Source of the DNA: Bdellovibrionales bacterium
Lineage (GTDB): Bacteria; Bdellovibrionota; Bdellovibrionia; Bdellovibrionales; UBA1609
DNA length: 64,000 bases
Assembly: GCA_965204055.1 (NCBI GenBank)
Contig: OZ241967.1
Location: 1,801,362 to 1,865,361 of the forward strand
Direction of reading: 5' to 3'
In this document: piece by piece, positions 49,481 to 59,500 of the stretch
Layout: the number at the start of each line of letters is the position of its first letter
How positions within the stretch are numbered: position 1 is the stretch's first letter
Notes under the pieces: generated by a model
Database searches by the model: none
What the model was told of the DNA's origin: nothing
The model's input: the letters and a program-made list of their open reading frames with translations, nothing else
Position numbers and translations under genes: made by a program

Positions 49481-50530
49481 ATGAAAAACCCTATAAAACA
49501 GCCAAAAGTAGAAGAGTTAGAAAGCGTTAGAGTACTAAAGGCTCTTTCTGAGGCACACCGCTTCTTGGCTGAACTAAAAGGAATTGCCCATAGCATTCCT
49601 AACGAAAACATTTTGCTTTCCAATTTAAGACTTCAGGAAGCAAAAGAAAGCTCTGCTATTGAAAACATCATCACCACCCAAGACAGTATGTATAAACACC
49701 AAATAAACCTTGATTCACATAATACAGCTAATAAAGAAATTTACAAATATGCAAAAGCAATGGACGAGGGTTGTAAAAAAATTAAATCTGAAAAGGGCCT
49801 TTCTTTAAATACCATTCTTAAAGTTCAAAGAATTATTAAAAGTAATCGTCCGGGGTTTCGAAAACTTCCGGGGACTGTATTAAAAAATAACATCACACAA
49901 AATATTGTTTATACCCCTCCCTCTCCTGAAAAAATTCCAAAGCTTATGAATCGGCTGGAGAATTTTATTAATAAAAATTCCATAGATCCTCTTATAAAAA
50001 TGGCCATTGTTCATCATTGGTTTGAGAGCATTCACCCTTTTTATGATGGCAACGGCAGGACAGGCCGTATTATCAATATCCTTTACTTGATTTGTAAAGA
50101 GCTTTTAGACAGTCCTATTTTATATCTTAGTCGCTATATCAACAGATACAAATCCGATTATTACAAATTACTTCAGCAGGTGAGAGAGCAAGAGGTTTGG
50201 GAAGATTGGATTATTTATATGTTACAAGCGGTTTCTGTTACCTCTCAGGAAACAACTAAGTTAATTAAAAAAATAGATAAGTTGCTTACTGAATACAAAC
50301 ATATTATTCGTGAAAAGCATAAGTTTTATTCCCACGATTTGATAAATAATATCTTTTCTCATCCCTATACTAAAATAAAGTTCTTAGAAAAAGATATGAA
50401 AGTTTCCAGAGCTACTGCTACTCGTTACCTGGATGCACTAACAGAAGATAAAATTTTGAAAAAAAATAAATTAGGAAAAGAAAGTTATTATGTTAACACA
50501 AAACTTTTTGAATTGCTAAAAAGCTCTTAA
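49481..50530 (+). CDS. Fic-domain protein, class II (SoFIC/SO_4266-like)
   Basis: HPFYDGNGRTGR; N-terminal inhibitory SSAIEN; LAELKG...PNENIL; C-terminal HTH VSRATATRYL. Confidence 0.92.
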   Translation: MKNPIKQPKVEELESVRVLKALSEAHRFLAELKGIAHSIPNENILLSNLRLQEAKESSAIENIITTQDSMYKHQINLDSHNTANKEIYKYAKAMDEGCKKIKSEKGLSLNTILKVQRIIKSNRPGFRKLPGTVLKNNITQNIVYTPPSPEKIPKLMNRLENFINKNSIDPLIKMAIVHHWFESIHPFYDGNGRTGRIINILYLICKELLDSPILYLSRYINRYKSDYYKLLQQVREQEVWEDWIIYMLQAVSVTSQETTKLIKKIDKLLTEYKHIIREKHKFYSHDLINNIFSHPYTKIKFLEKDMKVSRATATRYLDALTEDKILKKNKLGKESYYVNTKLFELLKSS

Positions 50531-50581
50531 TACTTGATAATTTCCGGTAAGAATTTCGCCATTTTACAACCTAAAGCCTAA

Positions 50582-50738
50582 AGGTTTTTTTGCAAGAGCC
50601 ACCAACCTATGGATCCACCCTGCCTTCTTTGAAAAACACCCCATGTCTTAGGGTTTTTGTAAGAACCACCAACCTATGGATCCACCCTGCCTTCTTTGAA
50701 AAACATCCCATGTCTTAGGGTTTTTGTAAGAACCACCA
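50582..50738. repeat. 67-bp-period tandem duplication including the epimerase gene 3' end
   Basis: accaacctatggatccaccctgccttctttgaaaaaca at 50601 and 50668; ggtttttgtaagaaccacca three times. Confidence 0.9.
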
Positions 50739-51692
50739 GTTTATAGATTCTTGAATAGCCTTTTCGGCTGGTGCCGGTTGAAAGCCCAGCTCTTGCTTGG
50801 CTTTAGAATGATCAAACCAATGGTAAAGCCGGGCCATATACGCACTCTCTTTACTGACAGGAAAATTAAATCCTATTTTTTGCAAACCTGCACCAGTTAC
50901 TCCTAAAGTCCTAAGTAAAAAATTATTTAAAGGAATAAAGGGAGGTTTGACTCCAGCGGTTTTTGCTATAAGAGAAAAAAGTTTTTTTATAGTAATGTTA
51001 TCTCCACTTAAAATATATCTCTCTCCATTACGACCCTTTTCCACGGCCTTAAGGCAGGCCAAAACCACAGACTGCACATCCACCACACTCACCCCTCCTG
51101 AAGTGTAAAAAGGAAATCGCCCCTCTGCCACCCGCGCTTGTATTTTACGGCTTTGTTTTTTCATATCTCCCGCTCCATAAATAGTAGAAGGATTAAGTAT
51201 CACAGCGGATATCTCTCCTTTTTTTGAGGCTTTTTGCACCAATATTTCACCTGCCCGCTTAGTATGAAAATACCCCATTTTAGAAAGAGCTGGATTATAA
51301 GGGGATTCTTCGTTTAAAACCTGTGGTTTGTCACTTGCTCCCACAGCCACAACCGAGCTAATATGAACCAGCTTTGCCCCTTTAACACGACACACCTTAA
51401 TCGCATGGGCTGTCCCCTTTACATTTACTTCCTGCATAGCTGTTAAGTCTTTTTCCCGATGAGACACTAACCCCGATAGATGAAAAACTAAGTCCATGCC
51501 CTGGCCTGCTTTCGAAAAAGAATCCAGATCCGTCACATCTCCTATATGAAAATGCAAACCCATATCTTGAAGAGAGCTTTTATCACTAATGGGCCTAAGA
51601 AGGGCGTGAACTTCTAAGCCTTCTTCACACAAAGCTTTGCAAAGCCAGCCACCTAAAAAGCCACTGGCTCCTGTTACTAATGCTTTCATCAT
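50715..51692 (-). CDS. NAD-dependent epimerase/dehydratase (HpnA/DFR-like SDR)
   Basis: VTGASGFLG, HISSV, YFHTK, NPSTIYG. Confidence 0.9.
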   Translation of the reverse strand: MMKALVTGASGFLGGWLCKALCEEGLEVHALLRPISDKSSLQDMGLHFHIGDVTDLDSFSKAGQGMDLVFHLSGLVSHREKDLTAMQEVNVKGTAHAIKVCRVKGAKLVHISSVVAVGASDKPQVLNEESPYNPALSKMGYFHTKRAGEILVQKASKKGEISAVILNPSTIYGAGDMKKQSRKIQARVAEGRFPFYTSGGVSVVDVQSVVLACLKAVEKGRNGERYILSGDNITIKKLFSLIAKTAGVKPPFIPLNNFLLRTLGVTGAGLQKIGFNFPVSKESAYMARLYHWFDHSKAKQELGFQPAPAEKAIQESINWWFLQKP

Positions 51693-51734
51693 CTCTTTTT
51701 ATCACATTTCCTGATTTTTAAAAGAATATTCGCT

Positions 51735-51992
51735 TTACCTGTATACTTCTTTTCTATGCCCTATTTTAATCACGAAAACCGTAATGGTTTTCTTTTTAAC
51801 AGAATAGATTATTCGATAATCCCCTATTCTTAGTTTCATCAACCCTTTTAAGTTTCTCCTCAATGGTGTTCCATATTTAACAGGATCAGGAATCAGTTTT
51901 TCTTCAATAGCTCTTTTTATAAGATTACGCATTTTTTTAGGGATATTGTTCAGATCTTTTTGAATGGATTTTTTATAGACGATCTTCCACAT
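51735..51992 (-). CDS. relE: RelE/ParE-family toxin
   Basis: MWKIVY...KLRIGDYRIIY...IGHRKEVY; TAATG coupling to the antitoxin. Confidence 0.9.
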   Translation of the reverse strand: MWKIVYKKSIQKDLNNIPKKMRNLIKRAIEEKLIPDPVKYGTPLRRNLKGLMKLRIGDYRIIYSVKKKTITVFVIKIGHRKEVYR

Positions 51993-52216
51993 TATTTTGC
52001 AGACCATGTTTTTTTATGTGAAATAACAGGTTCTTTTGCTCTTTCTTCGGCAATTTTAGAAAAATATAAATCTTCCTGCAATTCCAAGGCAAACCTGGTA
52101 AGGTCAATCACTATTGCAGATAAAGAAGAGGCTTTTTTAATTTGTTTTAGTTCCCTTAACTGGCTGTAAAGCTTAGGGTCTACTGTAAGATTGATCCTTT
52201 TATGAGTGGTTGGCAT
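51992..52216 (-). CDS. RHH-type antitoxin of the RelE pair
   Basis: RINLTV..LY..L RHH pattern, ALELQEDLY; upstream of and coupled to the toxin. Confidence 0.8.
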   Translation of the reverse strand: MPTTHKRINLTVDPKLYSQLRELKQIKKASSLSAIVIDLTRFALELQEDLYFSKIAEERAKEPVISHKKTWSAK

Positions 52217-52290
52217 ATTGCCCTCCCTTTTCCAATTTTAAAACCACTGTAAGATTGATCCTTTTATGAGTGGTTGGCATATTGCCCTCC
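52182..52290. repeat. 45-bp perfect duplication of the antitoxin start + RBS (period 64)
   Basis: actgtaagattgatccttttatgagtggttggcatattgccctcc at 52182 and 52246. Confidence 0.92.
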
Positions 52291-52376
52291 TTCTTCCTCT
52301 AAAAATTATGTTACTTTAGTGTAACACCTTAAAACCTCCTGTCAAGCTACTTTTTTAAAGGATATTAGAACATCAT

Positions 52377-52408
52377 AAAAAAAGAAGGCAAAAATGGCCT
52401 TCTTTTTT
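52377..52408. terminator. Bidirectional intrinsic terminator
   Basis: aaaaaaagaaggc-N7-gccttctttttt. Confidence 0.75.
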
Positions 52409-52445
52409 AAAAACTTTAATAATAAACGGGGTGTTAAAAAAAATT

Positions 52446-53273
52446 TTACCGCCTGCATTTTTCCCTAAGTTCGCGTGCTCTTGCCAGCCTTTTAGAGGTT
52501 GTGTCATACCCTCTGCTTGCAAAAGCGTTGGTTAGGGCAACATGCACACCCGCACCACTTTTTATACCTTCATTAGTTTTTCGCGCTAAATCCAAAAACT
52601 CTCCACGAGAACTCGCAGGCCATGTTACAATATCATGTATATGTTGTGCTAAATCCAATACAATATTTGAACTTTCTGGAGCATTTTCACTTTCTGTAAC
52701 CCGTTCTGCGATTCTTTTTGTATTAGCCACAAACTCTAACATTACTGCAACATCTTCTGAACGAACATCTTTTTCATTGTTCGCTATCTTATCAGCCAAT
52801 CTTTTTAAGGAAAGTGCGGTGTTGGGCTTCTTCTGAGAGGTTATAACCTCCATAAGATCCGCTTTTTTATTTGCCACTACTGCTCCTGCCTTGCTCTCTA
52901 AAACCCCTATAATGGCTTGAGCATTCACCTTACTAATAGAAGGCTGGGTTGTAACTTGCAATAAGTTAAGTCCACCACTTTCAGCTGAACCTGATTGTGC
53001 TTTCAGCTGTTGTTCCCTTCTGGCACTTTCGATCCTTAGAGTTTCTACATATACTTCCTGTAAGTTTCGCGGGTTACTAAAAAATCCAGAATTCCGGTTA
53101 TGGATAGCATCTATCGCTTGTTGCAAGCGCGCTGTTTCCGTTGGTGTTAATTTTTCAGCCCCTTTTACTTCGCGTGCAATGGGCTTAGTAGTACTTCTTG
53201 CCTCACTCAGCGAGCTGACCATAAACAAACCAGACAAAATACCTATGGATAATAAAGTTTTCATAATTAACAC
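52446..53273 (-). CDS. Secreted helical hypothetical protein
   Basis: Signal peptide ending SEA; aggag RBS. Confidence 0.8.
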   Translation of the reverse strand: MLIMKTLLSIGILSGLFMVSSLSEARSTTKPIAREVKGAEKLTPTETARLQQAIDAIHNRNSGFFSNPRNLQEVYVETLRIESARREQQLKAQSGSAESGGLNLLQVTTQPSISKVNAQAIIGVLESKAGAVVANKKADLMEVITSQKKPNTALSLKRLADKIANNEKDVRSEDVAVMLEFVANTKRIAERVTESENAPESSNIVLDLAQHIHDIVTWPASSRGEFLDLARKTNEGIKSGAGVHVALTNAFASRGYDTTSKRLARARELREKCRR

Positions 53274-53446
53274 TCCTTTTTTCTATAAAATTATTTATTT
53301 TTTACAAATCTATACCGAAACAAAAAATAAAAAAAGTTTTTTTTCAAATAAACTAATATTTATTTTTCCAGCGTGAAAATTTTTCACCATTCTGTTTAAA
53401 AAACGCTTTTTTGTTCACATTGGATATCTAAAAATTACAATTTTTT

Positions 53447-54652
53447 TCATTTAAGCACAACCTCTTTTGGCAAATTCTGGGCATTATATTGGCTGGCCAT
53501 TACCACACCATAAGCCCCTGTATCTAAAACCACCATAAAATCCCCTTCTTTTAAATTAGAAAAAACCCGATCTTTTCCTAATACATCCGATGACTCACAA
53601 ATAGGCCCTACCACATCATAAATTTGCTTGGAAATTTGTCCGGAACTGGAAAAATGGCGGTTTAGAGGCAAAATCTGATGATATGCCTGATAAAGGCAAG
53701 GGCGGATAAGATGATGCGTCCCTGTATTTAAAATCACAAAATTTTTATAAGCATTGCTTTTTATATACTGTATTTCTCCGATCAAACATCCAAATCGCGC
53801 GGTGATAACCCTGCCCGGTTCTGTTAAAATTTGAGCTTTAAGGTTTTTAGAAAGCTCTGTTAAAAATAACCCATACTCTTTTACAAGCTCTAAATCCTTA
53901 GACCAATCCTGACTTTTATAATCAATACCTAATCCTCCCCCTACATCAAAAGTTTGCAAATCAAACTCTGAGCGCAATTCTTCATAAAGAGACTTAATTT
54001 TAAGGATACCTGTTTTTAAAGCCGTAAGATCTTGAATTTGAGAACCTATATGCAAGGTCAAACCGTATAATGATAGATGAGAAGAATGTTGTTTTAAAAT
54101 CTCCTTCAACTTCGGAATCTGCTCCGATTCCAGACCAAACTTATGCTGGCTTAACCCGGTTTTAATATAAGGATGGGTATCTACATCCATATCGGGGTTC
54201 ATTCGGAAAGCCACTCTGGCTTTTTTGTTCATATTAGCAGATATTTTGGCGATTCTTTTTAACTCACTTACACTTTCTACATTAAATTGTAAAATATCTG
54301 TTTTAAGGGCCAGCTTTATTTCTTCCTCGGTTTTTCCCACTCCAGAAAAAACAATGTCTCTCCCTTGGAATCCTGCTTTTAAGGCCAAGTTAATTTCCCC
54401 CCCAGAAACCACATCCACCCCTACTTTTTCTTTCTGAAAAGCTTTTAATATCTCTATGTTTGAGTTAGCCTTCATGGCGTAATGGACATGAGCGGGAGCA
54501 ATGCTTTGCTTAAAAAACTTTAATCTTTCTAACAAGCCTCTAAGATTATAAACATAAAGAGGTGAGCCGGATTTTCGTACTAAAGAAAGCAGATTATACT
54601 TTTTTTTACCCTGAATGATTTGCAATTCTTCTTTATAATATTCATAAGCCAT
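53447..54652 (-). CDS. lysA: Diaminopimelate decarboxylase
   Basis: HYAMKANSN, DVVSGGE, HIGSQ, DVGGG, EPGR, GPICESSD; downstream of aspartate kinase. Confidence 0.93.
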   Translation of the reverse strand: MAYEYYKEELQIIQGKKKYNLLSLVRKSGSPLYVYNLRGLLERLKFFKQSIAPAHVHYAMKANSNIEILKAFQKEKVGVDVVSGGEINLALKAGFQGRDIVFSGVGKTEEEIKLALKTDILQFNVESVSELKRIAKISANMNKKARVAFRMNPDMDVDTHPYIKTGLSQHKFGLESEQIPKLKEILKQHSSHLSLYGLTLHIGSQIQDLTALKTGILKIKSLYEELRSEFDLQTFDVGGGLGIDYKSQDWSKDLELVKEYGLFLTELSKNLKAQILTEPGRVITARFGCLIGEIQYIKSNAYKNFVILNTGTHHLIRPCLYQAYHQILPLNRHFSSSGQISKQIYDVVGPICESSDVLGKDRVFSNLKEGDFMVVLDTGAYGVVMASQYNAQNLPKEVVLK

Positions 54653-54707
54653 AACAATACCTTATAAAAACAAATCCCCTCTTAGTAAGTGCAGGACTAA
54701 AAAAAAC

Positions 54708-54810
54708 TGTTTATCTTTTTTTAACTCAAGCCCTTGCATTTGTAATATATTTACACTTGACTTTCTATTAGCTTGTTTATCTTTTTTTAGCTCAAGCCCC
54801 TGTATTTGTA
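54708..54810. repeat. 37-bp imperfect duplication of the lysC 3' end (period 66)
   Basis: tgtttatctttttttaactcaagcccttgcatttgta vs tgtttatctttttttagctcaagcccctgtatttgta. Confidence 0.85.
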
Positions 54811-56018
54811 TGGGCACTTTCTAAGTTAAACTCCTTATGCACTGCCCTGGCAGAAGACAACAGGTGTTTTTTATCAATAATAGCACTAATTTTTATTTCC
54901 GAAGTAGTCACTAAATGAATATCCAGCCCGATACTGTTTAAGGCTTTAAAAAAGCGACCAGCCACACCCGGATGATGAGCCATCCCCACCCCTACAATAG
55001 AGAGCTTTGCCAGACCTTCAATAACACTTACTTTTTTAGGATCTATCATTTTATAGACAATTTTTTTGGTTTCTAGCAAATCTTCTTTGTTAATAGAAAA
55101 AGCCAGCCTCTGCCCCTCCTTATTATAGCTTTGAGATATTATATCTACAGAAATATGTTGCTCGGCCAACACATTAAATAAATCGGTTATAAACTGAGAA
55201 CCTGATGGCACGGGATACATCTTAATAATAACTGTCCCCATATCGTGTGTGACGGCGGACACAAGTGGTTTTTCCATAAATTCCTCCTTTGGCAAGATCC
55301 ATGTCCCTTCTGTTTCCTGATAGGCAGATCGAACATGAAGCCTGATTTTATATTTTGCCGCTATTTCCACAGAACGACAATGCAAAACCCGGCTCCCTAA
55401 AGAGGACATTTCCATCATTTCTTCAAAACTAAGTTTCGAAATTCTGGCAGGATTTTCTATTAAACGGGGATCCGCTGTATACACCTTTGGCACATCTGTA
55501 AAAATCTCACAGTCCGGTTGTTTAAAAGCTACTGCTAAGGCTACAGCCGTGGTGTCGCTCCCCCCTCTTCCTAAAGTGGTGATGGTGCTTCCATTAGTTA
55601 CCCCCTGAAAACCCGCTACTAAAGGAACATAACCCGCGTTTAAATATTTTTCAATAGACTCTGTCTGAATTTCCTGAATGCGAGCACGGGAAAAAAGGGC
55701 ATCGGTTTGAATGCCCACCTGATGGGCCAGCAAAGGCATAGCTTTAACTTTTCTTTTTTCCAAAGCCAAGGCTAAAAGAGCCACACTCACCTGTTCACCA
55801 GTAGCAAGCAACATATCATAAGCTGGCCCTTTATAAGAAGGCCCTATTTGCTTTGCCAGGCCAATGAGCCGATTGGTTTCACCAGACATAGCAGACACCA
55901 CCACTAAAGGTTTTTGACCTTGGTGCTTGTCTTTCATAATTCTTTCGGCCACTTGTTCCAGTTTTTCTATAGAACCAACGGAAGTGCCACCAAATTTTTT
56001 AATATGTATTCGTTTCAT
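54792..56018 (-). CDS. lysC: Aspartate kinase
   Basis: KFGGTSV, LGRGGSDTTA, TDVPKVYTADPR, ACT domains TTSEIKIS. Confidence 0.95.
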   Translation of the reverse strand: MKRIHIKKFGGTSVGSIEKLEQVAERIMKDKHQGQKPLVVVSAMSGETNRLIGLAKQIGPSYKGPAYDMLLATGEQVSVALLALALEKRKVKAMPLLAHQVGIQTDALFSRARIQEIQTESIEKYLNAGYVPLVAGFQGVTNGSTITTLGRGGSDTTAVALAVAFKQPDCEIFTDVPKVYTADPRLIENPARISKLSFEEMMEMSSLGSRVLHCRSVEIAAKYKIRLHVRSAYQETEGTWILPKEEFMEKPLVSAVTHDMGTVIIKMYPVPSGSQFITDLFNVLAEQHISVDIISQSYNKEGQRLAFSINKEDLLETKKIVYKMIDPKKVSVIEGLAKLSIVGVGMAHHPGVAGRFFKALNSIGLDIHLVTTSEIKISAIIDKKHLLSSARAVHKEFNLESAHTNTGA

Positions 56019-56405
56019 TTTGCTGGTTTTTTAAGCAACTTTTGTGATTTTTAAGTGTGGTTTATATCCAAGAGCAGAAAGCACCCTCAACATTAAATCT
56101 GTAGATACACAAAAGTGGAAATCCAGTCAAGAAAAAGACCTTTTCAAGCCCGACTAAATAAGTTTTAACAAAATCTTAACATACTGTCCAGTTTTTAAAC
56201 AACTATAAACGAGTTAATCACTTTAAAAAAGTTCCTGTAAAAGTCGTATTTAATTGCCGTATTTGACTTAACTAAACATACTTTTTCACAGACCACTATT
56301 TAAACTTTAAACAAGTGTGAAATCTTTTCATTCCACCAAAAAAATTATTTTTTATTAAGCAGAAATTCATTATAGTAATGGCCTGCGAAACGAATAAATA
56401 ATTGA

Positions 56406-56501
56406 GTAGGATGTGAAAAAGCCTACAACTTGGCTTTGCAGTTTAGTCAAGAAGTAACAAAGGTTTTTTCAGTTAAGGAAAAGTATTTATTCACGGATGA
56501 A
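56406..56501. mobile_element. Possible decayed MITE just upstream of the giant gene
   Basis: gtaggatgtgaaaaa and ttattcacggatgaa resemble family TIRs; contains the half-palindrome acttggctttgcag; no clean TSD. Confidence 0.4.
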
Positions 56502-56524
56502 TAATCAAGGACGAAAAAACCATA

Positions 56525-59500
56525 ATGAGACAATTATTAAACCAGATCAGCATATTATTAATCATTTTCTTTTGTGTCTCCTTTTTTGCACACGCCACAG
56601 AAAATGACAAAAAAGTAGAGGTAGAGATTCCACCCACTTCACCAGCAGATAGGGAGGCTGTTAAGCCTTCTAATATCACCGGCCAGGATGTTATAGACCT
56701 ACTCCACTTTGCAGGAGTTCAGTTAACAGAAGAACAAATAAGAAATCTGCGTGCACTTACCCCAGAGGATAGCGAAAAATTTATCGCACTCAACAAAGAG
56801 CAAGAAGCAAAAATCCTTAAATTAACAAAGCAACAAAAAGAAGATTTTATAGAAATGACAACAGAGGAAAAAATAGCTCTCTTAGGATTAACAGAAAATC
56901 AAAGACAAAAACTGCGCAAGCAATCTCAGCAAGATATAATGCTCACAAACGCCTTTCGCCAGGCTCAAAGCAGAACCTACGGCGGAACATTCATGCACCA
57001 AGTTAAAGGTTTTCATTTAGAATCTTTGGTTTTTTATTCTGCTATGGGGGCCAGTATGGCCGCAGGAGCCTATATGGATTCTATAAAAAAAGGAAGTGCT
57101 GTAGACTGGACGGGCCTTAATAAAGGGGGAAGAGCTGACCCACGATGGATGGAAACCCTTATTTACGAAATGACCTCCCCAGTTGGTTTGTTCAGCTTCT
57201 TTTGCTTTGTAATTGCCAGCGGACAAATGAATACCCTTTACTCTAAATGGCTTACCAACAATATTACTTTTGCAAAAATCCCAGGTATTAAAAAAATTCC
57301 TGGAGCACATAAGATCCCATTAGGTCCAAGACACCAAAACCCTAAAGCGGTGCACAGTCGATTAGAACAGCTAAGAGTCAACAACACCATAAATGGGGGA
57401 TGGAAAAATGGGATTAAATACCATACCGCCCGCAGAGGAAGAAGAATAGCTGTTGCTTTAGGAGGGCAATTAGGTATGGCTGTTGGTATGATGGCCTCTA
57501 ATATTGTGCATGAGGTGCACTTTATTTTTTCTCAAAATCCTCACTCTAAACCCTGTTGGGATGAGTTAAAACCAGATCTCATATTCGGCCCATCTGATCT
57601 AAAGCAAAAAGACGGACAAATGCACTGTGATTTGTTTTTCGATCAGTTAGGGCACACGGCCTACACATGGATGCCAGGGATTGCCTCTTTACTTTCTGCC
57701 TCTCTACTTTCTCACTTCCTGGTAAATCAAGCTTATAAAGGAGGTTTTGTAACTGCTCAAGCTGGAAGACATATCAGTCAAAGAGTGGGCCAAGGCTTTC
57801 TTAAAGGGGCGGTTATTCGGACTTCCAGTCGTATCCCCTTAGGGGCACTGGCAAGGGGGGCGTTATGGCTTGTGCCTGTCCCCGTTGGTAAAGGTGTGGT
57901 AAAAGGAGCCCAGTTTGCAGGAGGTGGGATAAGGTCGAGTGCCCAGTGGTTTACCCGACAAATAAAACCTGGTGGCAGGGGCCATAGCTTCCTCAATCTT
58001 TTTACTTTTATGTTAACAGACACTTGGGTGACCCATAGCTTTTGGGCTGACTTTTGGACAGAAAAAGCAGTCGCAAACGATGTAACAGAAAGTATGGAAG
58101 AACTAATGAAACACCACAATGTGAACTACACCACAAATGAAGATACAAATTTTTTAGATTGTGAAGAAAATGGGGACGACTGTAATTACCACGAAAGTGT
58201 TTTTTCTGCACATAAAATGGGGCTATCGTTTGACCGATGGAGACAGTTTAGAACACAAATTGCTATGACCGCTCATCAAAATTGGTATAAATATGTTTCA
58301 GAAACTCTTGCTTCTTACGAGCATGCTCAAAAAGTCTATAAAGATTTGTTTATAGCTCAAAAAGAAAAAAGCTTTTTTCGTAATATGCGCTATTTTGGAG
58401 AAGTTAAAGAAACAACAGCGCAATGCGCTCTCCAACAGATGTTACAAACCCTTGATGAATATATACTAAACCATAACTTAACCCAACCGGAGGCCCTAAA
58501 CCTTCATGTCCTTTCTGCTGATCCCAATCGATTTTTAAAACCGCCAGAAGAATTGCGTGCAGAGGAAGCTCAAACCCAAGAGCAAAGAGGTAAAGGCTTA
58601 TCCTTTTGGAGCCGTTTTTGGAGATTTTGGACAAGGGAGGATAAAAAAACTACTGATAGAATATTCACCTTGCGTGCTTTATTAACCTCTTCTCATTCTG
58701 CCGAGTGCGAAAATCCTGAAAGCTTAAGCCACTCTCTACAGGTGTCATCTCAAGAAGGGAAAGTTCAGCCAAATGCTTTTTCCACAAACTTAGCCCCGCC
58801 AATAAATTCTTTAAACACAAAAGAAATACCTATTGAAATCTTTTACGGGGATAAATGGGATGAGGCTCTTCAGGTAGAAAAGGAAAAAATTCTAAAGTAT
58901 GAAAACCCGGAAAATATCTTGAGAGAACATTTTGCTGAATTAGAAAAAGTTTTCAATATAGCCAATCTTTCGGTTGAAGATAGCTCCTTCCCTATAAAGG
59001 AAAGAATTAATAATATATCCAGTATTCCAACATATCTTGTAAATAGAATCAACATTTTAGAAGATAAAATTAACAAAGACGAAATAATTTATAATGAAGA
59101 CCTCCCACAAGCCTTAACAGGTTATTTTGCTCTTACACAAAACGAAAATTATATTATCAATAATATTATTAATGGCTTTGGACAATCCACCTCGGAGGAA
59201 ACCAATATTGATCTTAACCAACTATTTAGTGATTACATAGCTGAAACAAACCAGCCGTCAGAAACAAACCAACTGTCAGAAACAAACCAACTGTCAGAGA
59301 TACCCTATACACAAAGCGAACAGAAGTTAAGGGATGGCTTTGCTATATGGTGGCCAACTTATTTAAGTAAATGGAAAACATGGCTAACAGAGCAAAAGCA
59401 AAATATATTAGCCAGCTCAGAAGAGCTTTTAAACCATAGCTCCATTACAGAAGTAGCTAAAGAGCGATTGAGGAAAAAAGCCCAAGCCGGGGCGGTAGAA

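Noticed and set aside
56019-56400. Lysine riboswitch upstream of lysC
   Set aside because: No AGAGG...GCCGAA...CUAC-type signature seen; the region holds at most a ~26-codon HTH-like remnant (56031-56111), too short to call
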